Below, in pieces: positions 7,214-16,328 of a DNA stretch of 32,000 bases. The stretch spans positions 1 through 32,000 of the forward strand of contig JALNYO010000022.1 of the NCBI GenBank assembly GCA_023229765.1, written 5' to 3'. This stretch comes from Syntrophales bacterium. GTDB taxonomy: Bacteria > Desulfobacterota > Syntrophia > Syntrophales > UBA5619. Under the pieces are notes generated by a model. That model searched no databases. It was not told the origin of the DNA and was given only the letters and a program-made list of their open reading frames with translations. How positions within the stretch are numbered: position 1 is the first letter of the stretch; each line of letters opens with the position of its first letter. A program made the position numbers and the translations under genes.

Positions 7214-9007
7214 ATGAATTTTGAAGAAAATACTACCCGTCTGCGGGGAGCTCACCGGTTCAAGCTTAGGTTTATTCAACCTTTCGCTGTCATCCTGGTC
7301 AGCGCCATTTTCATTATTCTTATCTTGACCATGGGCTTGATCGATATGCGGCGCAGTGAACGAATGCTGAGCGGCTTTATCGAAGATCAGGGCCGGCGGG
7401 TAATTGGGGTAGTGGAAAAGCTGACCGAGGAAAATCTGAAGAACATGATTGCGGCCTCTCAGAAAACTCCGGGAAGCGTCACCATCTCCCTGAAAGAGCC
7501 GATTTTTTCTCCCGATACGCTGCTGACCGAAAAGATCATCGCGATGGGCAGGGAAATAGACAATCACTGGAAAAAGGAGCATATCAGCGGTTCATACATA
7601 AGTGAATTCGCACGGAAAAAGAACATCTGGCTGGTAGCCGTCCTTAATGCCGCGGGTAATGTTATATTCCAGAGCCGGCCGGTCGCCGAAAACCTGCGTG
7701 CCGACGTTCAGGAGAAAAAAAACATAAAACAAAGCGCGGCGAAGCTTATCAAGGGGTTAAACACCCTGAACCGGCAAAAGAAAATCGGCTTTATTGCCAT
7801 GAGCCGCAGGGATGAAAGCGGAACCATTATTCTTGCCCTCGACCGGGAGAGTATGCGTTATTGGGGAATGAGGGTTTCCGTGGAACGGGCGATAGAGAAA
7901 CTGGGGAAAGGTCAGGGGCTCCTTTACCTCGACATAAGCGACGACAAGGGACATGATCTCGGCAGTATCGGGTACATGCCGGGAGAGGTAGGGCTGGATG
8001 ATTCGCTGAGAAGCGGCATTCTTTCCGGCTCCAGGAGGTTCGAAAGCAGGAAGACAAGCCGTGGAGAAAACAGCGTTCAGGAAATAACAGCCCCTTTTTA
8101 CCTCGGGAAAGAGATTTTGGGTGTTATTATTCTGGGCCTCGACCGGGGGAACACCGACAAAATATTGATGGAAAACAGGAGGAACGTCTATCTGTTTCTT
8201 GTTTTTGTGATTGCGATTACCCTGCTTTCTCTGTGGCTTCTTTACCATAATCAGAACCGGCACTTGGGGCGGGTAGTGGAGATGACCAGACAACTGGAAA
8301 AGGCTGAAAGGCTCTCCTCTCTGGGGATGCTTGCCGCCGGCGTTGCCCACGAGATTCGCAATCCGCTCAACGCGATCAGCATGGCCAGTCAACGTCTGAA
8401 GAGGGAATTCCCTCCTTCTGAACTGGGGAAGAAAGAAGAATTTGATACGATAACAACGGTCATCCGTGACGAGATCAGACGTCTGAACGGAATCATTGAG
8501 GAGTTTCTGACCTTTTCCAAAAGCCGGCGCCTGGAGCTGCGGGAAAGTGCCGTCCAGGATGTTTTACGGAAGATTGTGAATTTAGTTTCCGCAGAGGCCT
8601 CCGCGAAGGGCGTCAGTATCAGGACCGATTGGCCCGAAGAGCCGATCGTGATCCCGATGGATATGGACAAGCTCCAGCAGGCCCTGCTGAATTTTGTCAA
8701 GAACGCCGTGGAGTCGATCAGCGGCGCCGGAGACGTGACCCTTGCCATCCTCAATGAGGAAAAAGGTCTGGTTAATATCATAATCACCGATACGGGATGC
8801 GGATTGACACCGGAAGAGGTGGAGCGGATTTTCAATCCGGAATACACGACAAAGGAAAAGGGCCTTGGACTTGGTCTTTCGCTGGCCCACGAAATAATCC
8901 GCGGACATGGGGGAGAGATACGGGTGAAAAGCCAAAAGGGCGAGGGGACGGTGTTCGAGATATTTATGCCGACAGAAAGGCTCAATGAAAAGGCGGCTGC
9001 AAAATAA
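7214..9007 (+). CDS. Sensor histidine kinase (two TM segments, large extracytoplasmic domain, HisKA + HATPase_c)
   Basis: 597-aa ORF. TM1 is FAVILVSAIFIILILTMGLI and TM2 is VYLFLVFVIAITLLSLWLLY. H-box is GVAHEIRNPLN. N, G1 and G2 boxes are NFVKNAVES, DTGCGL and GLGLGLS. Confidence 0.85.
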   Translation: MNFEENTTRLRGAHRFKLRFIQPFAVILVSAIFIILILTMGLIDMRRSERMLSGFIEDQGRRVIGVVEKLTEENLKNMIAASQKTPGSVTISLKEPIFSPDTLLTEKIIAMGREIDNHWKKEHISGSYISEFARKKNIWLVAVLNAAGNVIFQSRPVAENLRADVQEKKNIKQSAAKLIKGLNTLNRQKKIGFIAMSRRDESGTIILALDRESMRYWGMRVSVERAIEKLGKGQGLLYLDISDDKGHDLGSIGYMPGEVGLDDSLRSGILSGSRRFESRKTSRGENSVQEITAPFYLGKEILGVIILGLDRGNTDKILMENRRNVYLFLVFVIAITLLSLWLLYHNQNRHLGRVVEMTRQLEKAERLSSLGMLAAGVAHEIRNPLNAISMASQRLKREFPPSELGKKEEFDTITTVIRDEIRRLNGIIEEFLTFSKSRRLELRESAVQDVLRKIVNLVSAEASAKGVSIRTDWPEEPIVIPMDMDKLQQALLNFVKNAVESISGAGDVTLAILNEEKGLVNIIITDTGCGLTPEEVERIFNPEYTTKEKGLGLGLSLAHEIIRGHGGEIRVKSQKGEGTVFEIFMPTERLNEKAAAK

Positions 9008-10377
9008 TGAAAAAACTAAATATACTGGTTGTTGATGACGGTCGTTCTCAGCGAGAGATGTTGAGGGATTTCCTGAAAAAGGAGGGGCACTCGGTCGGCG
9101 AAGCGGAAAACGGGCCACTGGCCATTCAGCAGGTCAGAGATGGACACTTCGATCTGCTGCTGCTCGATTATAAAATGCCCGGCATGGACGGGATGGAGGT
9201 TTTGCAGGCGATTAAAAAGATAAATCCCGAGATCGATGTCGTGATCATAACCGCGTTCGGGACGATCGAGACGGCCGTGGAGGCGATGAAGGCGGGCGCC
9301 TTGGATTATATAACGAAACCTGTTGAATTCGAAGAACTTCTTCTTTTGGTGGAGCGCGTCTCGGAACGGAGGACGCTGATCAGGGAAAATGAAATTCTCC
9401 GCGAACACCTAGGTCAGAAAGGCGTTTCCACGGATAAAATAGTCTTCCGCAACGAGAAGATGGGCGCCCTGATCAATATGGCAGGAAGGGTTGCAGCAAG
9501 TCGGGCGACGATCCTGCTGCAGGGGGAAAGCGGGACGGGCAAGGAGCTTTTTGCCCGCCTGATCCACAATTTGAGTCCGCGGTCGGAAGGAAGAATTATT
9601 GCCGTTAATTGCGGCGCCTTGAACGAGAATCTGTTAGAGAGCGAGCTTTTCGGCCACGAAAAGGGGGCGTTTACCGGCGCTGCCGCGCGTCGGATCGGCC
9701 GGTTCGAGGAGGCGGACGGGGGAACGCTTTTTCTCGATGAAATCGGCGAGCTTTCGCCGCAGGTTCAGGTGAAGCTGCTGCGGTTTTTGCAGGAGCGGGA
9801 GTTTCAGCGTCTCGGCGGCAATCAGACCCTTCATGCCGATGTCCGGGTGATAAGCGCGACAAACCGCGATCTGGAAAAGATGGCGAAGGGAGGAGGGTTT
9901 CGCGAAGATCTCTTCTACCGGCTCAATGTCGTTACAATGCAGTTGCCGCCGCTTAGGGAACGTAAGGAGGACATCCCGCCGCTCATTGACCATTTTCTTG
10001 TTCGCTATGCCAAGGAAAACTCCAGGGAAATTGAGGGGACAAGCAGCGAGGCGCTGGACATGCTGCTCAAATACGACTATCCCGGAAACGTCCGGGAACT
10101 GGAAAACATCATAGAAAGAGCGGTCGTTATTGCCCGGGAAGATGTTATCTCCGTTGCCGATCTTCCTTTTGGCGAGGGAATCGAAGAAACGGACGGGGGA
10201 AAAAAGACGGAGGATGGGGCTCTGCGTCAATCGGTTGAGGAGCTGGAAAGAAAGTTGATTGCCGAGGCGATGGAAAAAACCGGCGATCATCAAAGCCGCG
10301 CGGCCGCGCTTTTGGGCATCAGCGAAAGGATGCTCCGCTATAAGCTAAAAAAATACGGTCTGAAGGCGGGGCAGTGA
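9007..10377 (+). CDS. Sigma-54-dependent response regulator (NtrC/AtoC family: REC + AAA+ + Fis-type HTH)
   Basis: 456-aa ORF. REC domain has ILVVDD...[16 protein letters not shown]+ domain has GESGTGKE and the GAFTGA motif (EKGAFTGA). C-terminal HTH is [20 protein letters not shown]. Its start overlaps the kinase stop (TAATG). Confidence 0.9.
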   Translation: MKKLNILVVDDGRSQREMLRDFLKKEGHSVGEAENGPLAIQQVRDGHFDLLLLDYKMPGMDGMEVLQAIKKINPEIDVVIITAFGTIETAVEAMKAGALDYITKPVEFEELLLLVERVSERRTLIRENEILREHLGQKGVSTDKIVFRNEKMGALINMAGRVAASRATILLQGESGTGKELFARLIHNLSPRSEGRIIAVNCGALNENLLESELFGHEKGAFTGAAARRIGRFEEADGGTLFLDEIGELSPQVQVKLLRFLQEREFQRLGGNQTLHADVRVISATNRDLEKMAKGGGFREDLFYRLNVVTMQLPPLRERKEDIPPLIDHFLVRYAKENSREIEGTSSEALDMLLKYDYPGNVRELENIIERAVVIAREDVISVADLPFGEGIEETDGGKKTEDGALRQSVEELERKLIAEAMEKTGDHQSRAAALLGISERMLRYKLKKYGLKAGQ

Positions 10378-10547
10378 TAAAGGGTTTTCAAATCATAATC
10401 GGCATCGTTCTGCTGATCGTATCAATCCGGTTATTCTAAATTAATAAAGTGGAGAAGATAATTGAAGATTTGCCTGCCATCCGGGGACTGGCGGCTATGC
10501 AGACAGTTTTATGTAAGAATGGACGGTGAACGAAGCGCTATGACATC

Positions 10548-11489
10548 TCAACGGAAGAGTGCGCGTATTTTTTCTAAACGGTTTTCCTCCTCCCGGTAGA
10601 GGCGATGTGCCTCCTCGATGGAGGTCTGTGCGAATCTTACGATGCTGCCGGGCAGGGCTTGGGCCACTTTCTTGATATCTGCTGTGGTGACGGTGACGAT
10701 TTTAGAGTAGCCCCCGGTTGTCTGTTCCACCAGTAGAATGATAGGTTGGCCATCGGCAGGAATCTGAATGTTTCCCGGCACAACAGGCTCGGTTATAATG
10801 CTTTTGGGCGCATCCGGGTCATGCTCGATCAGAGGTCCCCTAAGTCTGTATCCCATTCGGTCGCTTTGCGCCGTTGCCTCAAAGCTTGCTGTAAAAAATA
10901 GGTTGAGCGCGCGCTTAAAGGAGTCCGCCTGCGGTCCCGGGATTGCCCCCAATACAATCTCTTTTGGATATTCCGGAATAAATTCAGGGGGGAGGAGGCG
11001 CGGCCGCTCCAGCAGGGCGGCTTTGCCCTTTTTCAATATATCCCCCTTCACCAGCGCCCGTCCCTGGAAGCCGCCGAAGCCGGCCCGGACGAAAGTGGAG
11101 CGGCTTCCCATGACAACCGGCGCAGCAAACCCGCCGTTCACCGCAAGATAGGCCCGGCATCCCTTTTCCGCTCGGGGAATCCTGATGACATCCCCTTTTT
11201 TTATCCGTATGGAACGCCACGCCGGGGCTGGACTTTTGTTGATTGTCATTCCCATTTCCGCGCCGGCGATCGCGATATCGGCCGCCGCCATCGCCTCAAA
11301 AAGGGGTCCCATGACCGTTATTTCCAGAACGCCCATGTTTTCCTGATTTCCGACAAGCAGATTGGCGATGCGACAGGCAAAGGAGTCAAGCGCTCCGGAA
11401 GGGGGGACTCCTCTGTCGAGAAAGCCGAAACGGCCGAGATCCTGGATGGTCGTGAGCGCTCCTGGGTTTTTGACGATAAAAAGATCCAT
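10548..11489 (-). CDS. pxpC: 5-oxoprolinase subunit C (PxpC; KipA / allophanate hydrolase subunit 2 family)
   Basis: 313-aa ORF with family-typical N-terminus (PGALTTIQDLGRFGFLDRGVPPSGALD) and GGYSKI block. Its start overlaps the pxpB stop by 1 nt. Confidence 0.85.
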   Translation of the reverse strand: MDLFIVKNPGALTTIQDLGRFGFLDRGVPPSGALDSFACRIANLLVGNQENMGVLEITVMGPLFEAMAAADIAIAGAEMGMTINKSPAPAWRSIRIKKGDVIRIPRAEKGCRAYLAVNGGFAAPVVMGSRSTFVRAGFGGFQGRALVKGDILKKGKAALLERPRLLPPEFIPEYPKEIVLGAIPGPQADSFKRALNLFFTASFEATAQSDRMGYRLRGPLIEHDPDAPKSIITEPVVPGNIQIPADGQPIILLVEQTTGGYSKIVTVTTADIKKVAQALPGSIVRFAQTSIEEAHRLYREEENRLEKIRALFR

Positions 11490-12202
11490 CAGGAGCGTTC
11501 CTTTTCATATAATCGTTTGAATTCATTCATAGATATGGGTTCGAAGCGGATGCGGTCGCCCGCCTTGTAAAGAAAAGGGTTTTCTCTCTCCGGGGCGAAC
11601 AGCCTTAGCGGCGTTTTGCCGATTATCTGCCATCCACCGGGACTTTCGATGGGATACATGCCGGTCTGCATCTCCGCTATTCCCACGGAGCCGGCGGGAA
11701 TACTGACGCGCGGCGTTTCCCGGCGGGGAGTTTTCAGCCTTTCGTCCATCCCTCCGAGATAACAGAACCCCGGTGTGAAGCCGATCATGTAAACGGGATA
11801 TTCGCGGGAGGAGTGGATATGGATGATTTCTTCGGTTTTGAGCCCCGTATGCGATGATACGATGTCGATGTCTGGTCCCCATTCATCGCCATAGCAGACG
11901 GGAATGGAAACAATCTGCATTTCCGGCCGGAGCGCGTTGTTGTGGTAATTTTCGATGCTGCTTATTTCCCTTTTCAATGTGTCCGGTTCTGTCAGGAGGG
12001 GATCGTAAAGAATAGCAAAGGAGCGGTAAGCAGGCACAACGGCTTGTACCCCCCTGGGAGGATTCTGGCGAACCAGCGAAGAGATTGCGAGTACTTTTTC
12101 GTTTACGGAAAGATCGATGCCCTCGCCGTAATCAACCAGCAGCGCCCGGTCCCCGCTCAGTCTGAAATGCGGTTCGTCAAAAAGATGAGGCATAGTTTCC
12201 AA
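11489..12202 (-). CDS. pxpB: 5-oxoprolinase subunit B (PxpB; KipI / allophanate hydrolase subunit 1 family)
   Basis: 237-aa ORF with VPAYRSFAILYDP, YMIGFTPGFCYLGG, and a cyclophilin-like C-terminus (GVYPIESPGGWQIIG-type: MYPIESPGGWQIIGKTP). Confidence 0.85.
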   Translation of the reverse strand: METMPHLFDEPHFRLSGDRALLVDYGEGIDLSVNEKVLAISSLVRQNPPRGVQAVVPAYRSFAILYDPLLTEPDTLKREISSIENYHNNALRPEMQIVSIPVCYGDEWGPDIDIVSSHTGLKTEEIIHIHSSREYPVYMIGFTPGFCYLGGMDERLKTPRRETPRVSIPAGSVGIAEMQTGMYPIESPGGWQIIGKTPLRLFAPERENPFLYKAGDRIRFEPISMNEFKRLYEKERS

Positions 12203-12207
12203 AACGC

Positions 12208-12975
12208 TTAATTTAAAGACCTGACCCCAATCCCTTCGGTTTCGAGAGCCAGTCTTATTGCCTGGGTATGTTTAACAGCGGAGGGGTTGTCGCCATGCAG
12301 ACAGAGGGTGTGGATTTCCATCTGGAGCCGGGAGCCGTCAACGGCGATTACTTCGCCGTCAATGGCCATCCGCAGGGCCTGCTCGACGCTCCGTTTAGGA
12401 TCCTCGATCACGGCGCCGGGACGCTTGCGCGAAGTGAGTTTACCGTCCGGGTCGTAGGTGCGATCGGGAAACGCCTCAAAGGCGACCCTGATCCCCGCTG
12501 CGTCGGCGATTTTTCTGGCCAGAGGAGCCTGGGCGCCGCCCAGGACGACCCAGATAAGATTGCGATCGACCGCGGCGATTGCCTCCGCGATTGCCCGGGA
12601 TAGATTTTCATTGCCGACGCTCATGTTGTAGAGATTGCCGTGCGGCTTTACATGCTGCATTTTTGCCCCGTGCAGGCTGCAAAAACCATTTAACGCGGCA
12701 ACTTGGTAGATGACAAAGTCGCGAACCTCAGCGGGGGTGCAATCCATGTTGCGCCGTCCGAATCCGACCAGATCGGGGTATCCGGGATGCGCGCCTACGG
12801 CAACGCCGTTTTCCCAGGCAAGCTTCACCGTTTTGCTCATAACCTGCGGATCGCCGGCATGGTACCCGCAGGCGATATTCGCGGAACTTATGTGTTTTAT
12901 CACCTCGCCGTCCATGCCGAGGGTGTAGGCGCCGAAACTCTCGCCCATGTCGCAGTTGATGTCAATTTTTTTCAT
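12208..12975 (-). CDS. pxpA: 5-oxoprolinase subunit A (PxpA; LamB/YcsF family)
   Basis: 255-aa ORF with DINCDMGESFG, SSANIACGYHAGDP, GAHPGYPDL and HVKPHGNLYN. AAGGAG SD lies 6 nt upstream. Confidence 0.9.
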   Translation of the reverse strand: MKKIDINCDMGESFGAYTLGMDGEVIKHISSANIACGYHAGDPQVMSKTVKLAWENGVAVGAHPGYPDLVGFGRRNMDCTPAEVRDFVIYQVAALNGFCSLHGAKMQHVKPHGNLYNMSVGNENLSRAIAEAIAAVDRNLIWVVLGGAQAPLARKIADAAGIRVAFEAFPDRTYDPDGKLTSRKRPGAVIEDPKRSVEQALRMAIDGEVIAVDGSRLQMEIHTLCLHGDNPSAVKHTQAIRLALETEGIGVRSLN

Positions 12976-13058
12976 TGCCGACTCCTTTGATGAATCAGGA
13001 AATGTCGCTTGCCCTCATCTATTGTTCCAGCCTCGCTTAAAGTTGCAACGGAAAGGGG

Positions 13059-14369
13059 CTACTTGCCGATCATCCGGTTCGGCAGATAAAGGGCGATTTC
13101 CGGAAAGACCGTAAGCAGAATGGCGGCCAGCAGCATAATCAGAAAAAAGGGAAATGCCGCCTTGGCGATCGTTCCCAGGTTGTCATTGTTCAGTCCGCTG
13201 ATGACGAACAGATTGAAACCAACCGGCGGCGTTATCTGGGCGATCTCGATCATCAGGACAAGGTAGATGCCGAACCAGACCGTGTCGAATTTTGCGGCCT
13301 GTATCAAGGGTACGACGATCGGCGTCGTCATGACGATCATCGAAAAGCCGTCTATGAGGCAGCCGAGAACGAGATAAAGGGCTGTCAGAATGACGATCAG
13401 CATGTAGGGGGAAAGTCCCATTTCGGTTACCAGCGTTGTCAGCGCCCGGGTAATTCCCATGTAGCCGATAACGTTGGAAAGGTACGCCGCCCCCATGACG
13501 ATCAGCATGATCATGGAGCTTGTCTTGACCGTGCCGATGAGACTCGTTTTGAAAACCCCCCAGTCAAGACTTCTGGTGATCAGGGCAAAAAACAGGGCGC
13601 CGATGACGCCGATTGCCCCGGCTTCCGTCGGCGTCGCCCAGCCCATGTAGATGCTGCCGAGGACGAAGAGAACAAGAATGACGACTGGCAGGATGGCCGG
13701 AATGGCGAGGAAACGCTCCTTCCATGTGTTTTTCTCAGCGCTGCGCGGCGCCATCTCGGGCGAAATCAGGCAGCGAATAGTTATATAGCCGCTGAACATG
13801 ATGGCGATCAGGAAGCCGGGGATGAAACCGGCAATGAAGAGCTTGCCGATGCTGACATCCCCGATTATTCCGTAAACAAGCATCATCATGCTGGGCGGGA
13901 TCATGAACCCCAGTGTTCCCGCTCCGGCCAGCGATCCAATCGACAGGCTGTGGTCGTATCCCCGCTTTTCCAGCTCCGGGATGGTTATCTTACCGACAGT
14001 GGCGGTAGTCGCGGCGGAAGAGCCGCTAACGGCGGCAAAGAAGGTGGAGGCGAGAATATTCACATGGATAAGTCTCCCCGGGATGGAGTCCATCCACGGA
14101 GAGAGCCCTCGGAAGAGATTTTCCGAAATGCTGCTGCGGAAGAGGATCTCCCCCATCCAGATGAAAAATGGCAGCGCCATCATCGCCGAGCCGCTGGTGT
14201 TGTTCCAGGCGATATTTGCCAGAATGGAGCCGAAGGAAACGTCGGTGAAAATAAAAAAACTCCCCATGCCGACGAGAAACAGGGCGATCCCTATCCAGAT
14301 CGATCCTCCTAAGAAAACGATCAGAAGGGCTACAATGACTGCGGAAACTGTTCCTATATCAACGTTCAC
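13059..14369 (-). CDS. dctM: TRAP transporter large permease subunit (DctM family)
   Basis: 436-aa, highly hydrophobic multi-pass ORF with DctM-like blocks (GIALFLVG..., FFAAVSGSSAATTATVG, PPSMMMLVYG). Confidence 0.9.
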   Translation of the reverse strand: MNVDIGTVSAVIVALLIVFLGGSIWIGIALFLVGMGSFFIFTDVSFGSILANIAWNNTSGSAMMALPFFIWMGEILFRSSISENLFRGLSPWMDSIPGRLIHVNILASTFFAAVSGSSAATTATVGKITIPELEKRGYDHSLSIGSLAGAGTLGFMIPPSMMMLVYGIIGDVSIGKLFIAGFIPGFLIAIMFSGYITIRCLISPEMAPRSAEKNTWKERFLAIPAILPVVILVLFVLGSIYMGWATPTEAGAIGVIGALFFALITRSLDWGVFKTSLIGTVKTSSMIMLIVMGAAYLSNVIGYMGITRALTTLVTEMGLSPYMLIVILTALYLVLGCLIDGFSMIVMTTPIVVPLIQAAKFDTVWFGIYLVLMIEIAQITPPVGFNLFVISGLNNDNLGTIAKAAFPFFLIMLLAAILLTVFPEIALYLPNRMIGK

Positions 14370-14419
14370 CGGGGTTTCTCCTTTTGACCGAAAACAAAGA
14401 GTTTTTTTCGCTGTTTGGG

Positions 14420-14956
14420 TTATCTCCCCAGTTCATCGGTTTCCTCCAGGATGACGAGACCTTCCGTGTTATTTTTTAAAATTGCGATTCCCTTAAGAAA
14501 TTCAGATAAAAACTGAAGCATGAACAAAAAGGAACCGAGGGGAAGGAAAATCTGCGGGATTGCCAGATAGCTTTCGGTAATCTGCATGGACTGTGTTTTA
14601 TTGACGACGGAATCCCAAAAGAAAACAAACGTATAGCGTGTAAGCGCCATGCAGAAGAGAAAACCGGCGAGCGAACAGACCATGTTGTAAATTACCCGCC
14701 GTTTCCCCCGCAAAAGGTGCGTCATTACCAAGACCCGGATATGCCCACGTTCGCGCAATGTATAGGCAAGACCCATGAAGGTAAGCATCGACATCAGATA
14801 TCCAGAATACTCGTCTGAAATATAGATGGTTTTGCCGAGAACGGACCTCGTGACGATTTCCGCAACCACTATGATTAGAGCAATGGCGACCAACAGGCCG
14901 GAAATTCCGCCGCTGAAGCCGGAAACCCGATCAATGGCGGTGATAATTTTTTTCAT
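14420..14956 (-). CDS. dctQ: TRAP transporter small permease subunit (DctQ family)
   Basis: 178-aa ORF with about four predicted TM helices, located between dctP and dctM as in canonical TRAP operons. Confidence 0.8.
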   Translation of the reverse strand: MKKIITAIDRVSGFSGGISGLLVAIALIIVVAEIVTRSVLGKTIYISDEYSGYLMSMLTFMGLAYTLRERGHIRVLVMTHLLRGKRRVIYNMVCSLAGFLFCMALTRYTFVFFWDSVVNKTQSMQITESYLAIPQIFLPLGSFLFMLQFLSEFLKGIAILKNNTEGLVILEETDELGR

Positions 14957-15011
14957 CGATAATTCTTTCTTTACCTCTCGGCACCGGAGTAATAATCCGG
15001 CGTCTGTTTGT

Positions 15012-15065
15012 ATGAAAATCCCCCCATCCCCCCTTTGCCAAAGGGGGGCAAGGGGGGATTTTCAT
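15012..15065. repeat. Nested G/C-tract inverted repeat (long hairpin) in the dctP-dctQ intercistronic gap
   Basis: The outer 14-bp stem pairs ATGAAAATCCCCCC (15012-15025) with GGGGGGATTTTCAT (15052-15065). The inner 9-bp stem pairs CCCCCCTTT (15028-15036) with AAAGGGGGG (15040-15048). It sits in a 243-bp gap inside an otherwise tight operon. Confidence 0.6.
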
Positions 15066-15199
15066 GCTTCGTTGTGCCCCACGGGCATGGGGGTTTATAG
15101 GGCAGTTCTAATTATGAAAGACAAGACCGGCAGCGCGTTGACAATTTTCCAAGTTTGCCGATATTGTCTATACGAAAATTGATTAGTTAACAGGCTGTC

Positions 15200-16192
15200 T
15201 TATCGTTTTACCCTCTTCATGAACTCGTCGTAAATCTTTTTGCCATCCGCCGGTGCGCCTTTGAGCCAATCGGCGCGGATGCCTTCGGTAATTTTTTCCA
15301 GCTCGCCCACCATTTTGGTGGAGGGCTTCACCGTTTCAATGCCGTTTTTGTTGCTGATGGCTTCCTGCTCCTTGTCCCAGGTCTTGACGTTTGCCCACAT
15401 TGTGCCTTCCAGCTCGCGTCCGATCTTCACGAGCAAGTCCTGCTGGGCCTTGGGAAGCTTGTTGAACGCCTTCAGATTGACGGTAACCATGTCGGTCGCG
15501 ATGGTGATGTTCAGGGGTTCAAAGTACTTAAGCACTTCCCAGAACTTGCCGTCAACGGCGGTCGGCGTCGAGGTCATGACGGAATCGATGAGGCCGGTTT
15601 GCAGAGAAGTATATACCTCGCTGAACGGAAGCGCGAACGGGGTTGCGCCGACTGCCTCCATCACCAGGGCGCCGTTCTTGTCGTAGGTTCTTGTCTTCAA
15701 CCCTTTGAGTTCCTGAAGGGTGGTAATCTTTTTCTTGGTCCAGAGACCGGCGCCTGGCCAAGGGGCGACGTAGAGGATTTTCTGCCCCCATTTCTTGGCG
15801 CTTTTGTCAAAGTAAGGACGGGAGATGTCGAGCAGAAGCCGCAGTTCGTCGAAATTCCGTACGAGGAACGGGAGGGTGACGATCTGGAAGGACTTCTCGT
15901 CTCCCGCCACGCCGCTGATGAGCATGTCGGAGACGGGAACAAGCCCGTCGCGCACGGCCTTCAGCAGATCCGGGCCCTTGTAGCCCAAGGCGCCGCCGGT
16001 GCTGACCACCACTTCCAGGTCGCCGTTTGTCGCCGTTTTCACTTTTTCAGCGAAATCCGTGAGGCCGACGCTGTGGAGATTTTTGGGAGGCCATACCGAA
16101 TTGGCGTTCCAAACCGTTTTGGCGAGGGCGGGAGTAACAGTCATCCCCAAGATAAAGGCACATACCAACAAGACGCGAACAACTTTTTTCAT
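15200..16192 (-). CDS. dctP: TRAP transporter substrate-binding protein (DctP family)
   Basis: 330-aa ORF with a signal peptide (MKKVVRVLLVCAFILGMTVTPALA). DctP-like body, first gene of the TRAP operon. SD AAGGGGA present. Confidence 0.9.
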   Translation of the reverse strand: MKKVVRVLLVCAFILGMTVTPALAKTVWNANSVWPPKNLHSVGLTDFAEKVKTATNGDLEVVVSTGGALGYKGPDLLKAVRDGLVPVSDMLISGVAGDEKSFQIVTLPFLVRNFDELRLLLDISRPYFDKSAKKWGQKILYVAPWPGAGLWTKKKITTLQELKGLKTRTYDKNGALVMEAVGATPFALPFSEVYTSLQTGLIDSVMTSTPTAVDGKFWEVLKYFEPLNITIATDMVTVNLKAFNKLPKAQQDLLVKIGRELEGTMWANVKTWDKEQEAISNKNGIETVKPSTKMVGELEKITEGIRADWLKGAPADGKKIYDEFMKRVKR

Positions 16193-16328
16193 ACAATTTT
16201 CCCCTTTCTTTTATGGTTTTACAAGGTTGTTATTGACAGCTCCAAGTAATTTTGAAGACTGATCTAAACTTGATTCATAACATTTATGCCGGCAATCGCC
16301 GCAAAACGGCAAAACCCCAATGGCTGTT

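Noticed and set aside
7131-7217. 28-codon ORF whose stop overlaps the kinase start in an ATGA arrangement
   Set aside because: No SD lies within range of its ATG; the nearest, GGAGAG, is 24 nt away. The ATGA overlap alone is not sufficient evidence.
14826-15182. 118-aa + strand ORF containing PPSPLCQRGARGDF
   Set aside because: It is antisense to dctQ and then reads through the G/C-tract hairpin element. The peptide is just the translation of the palindrome.
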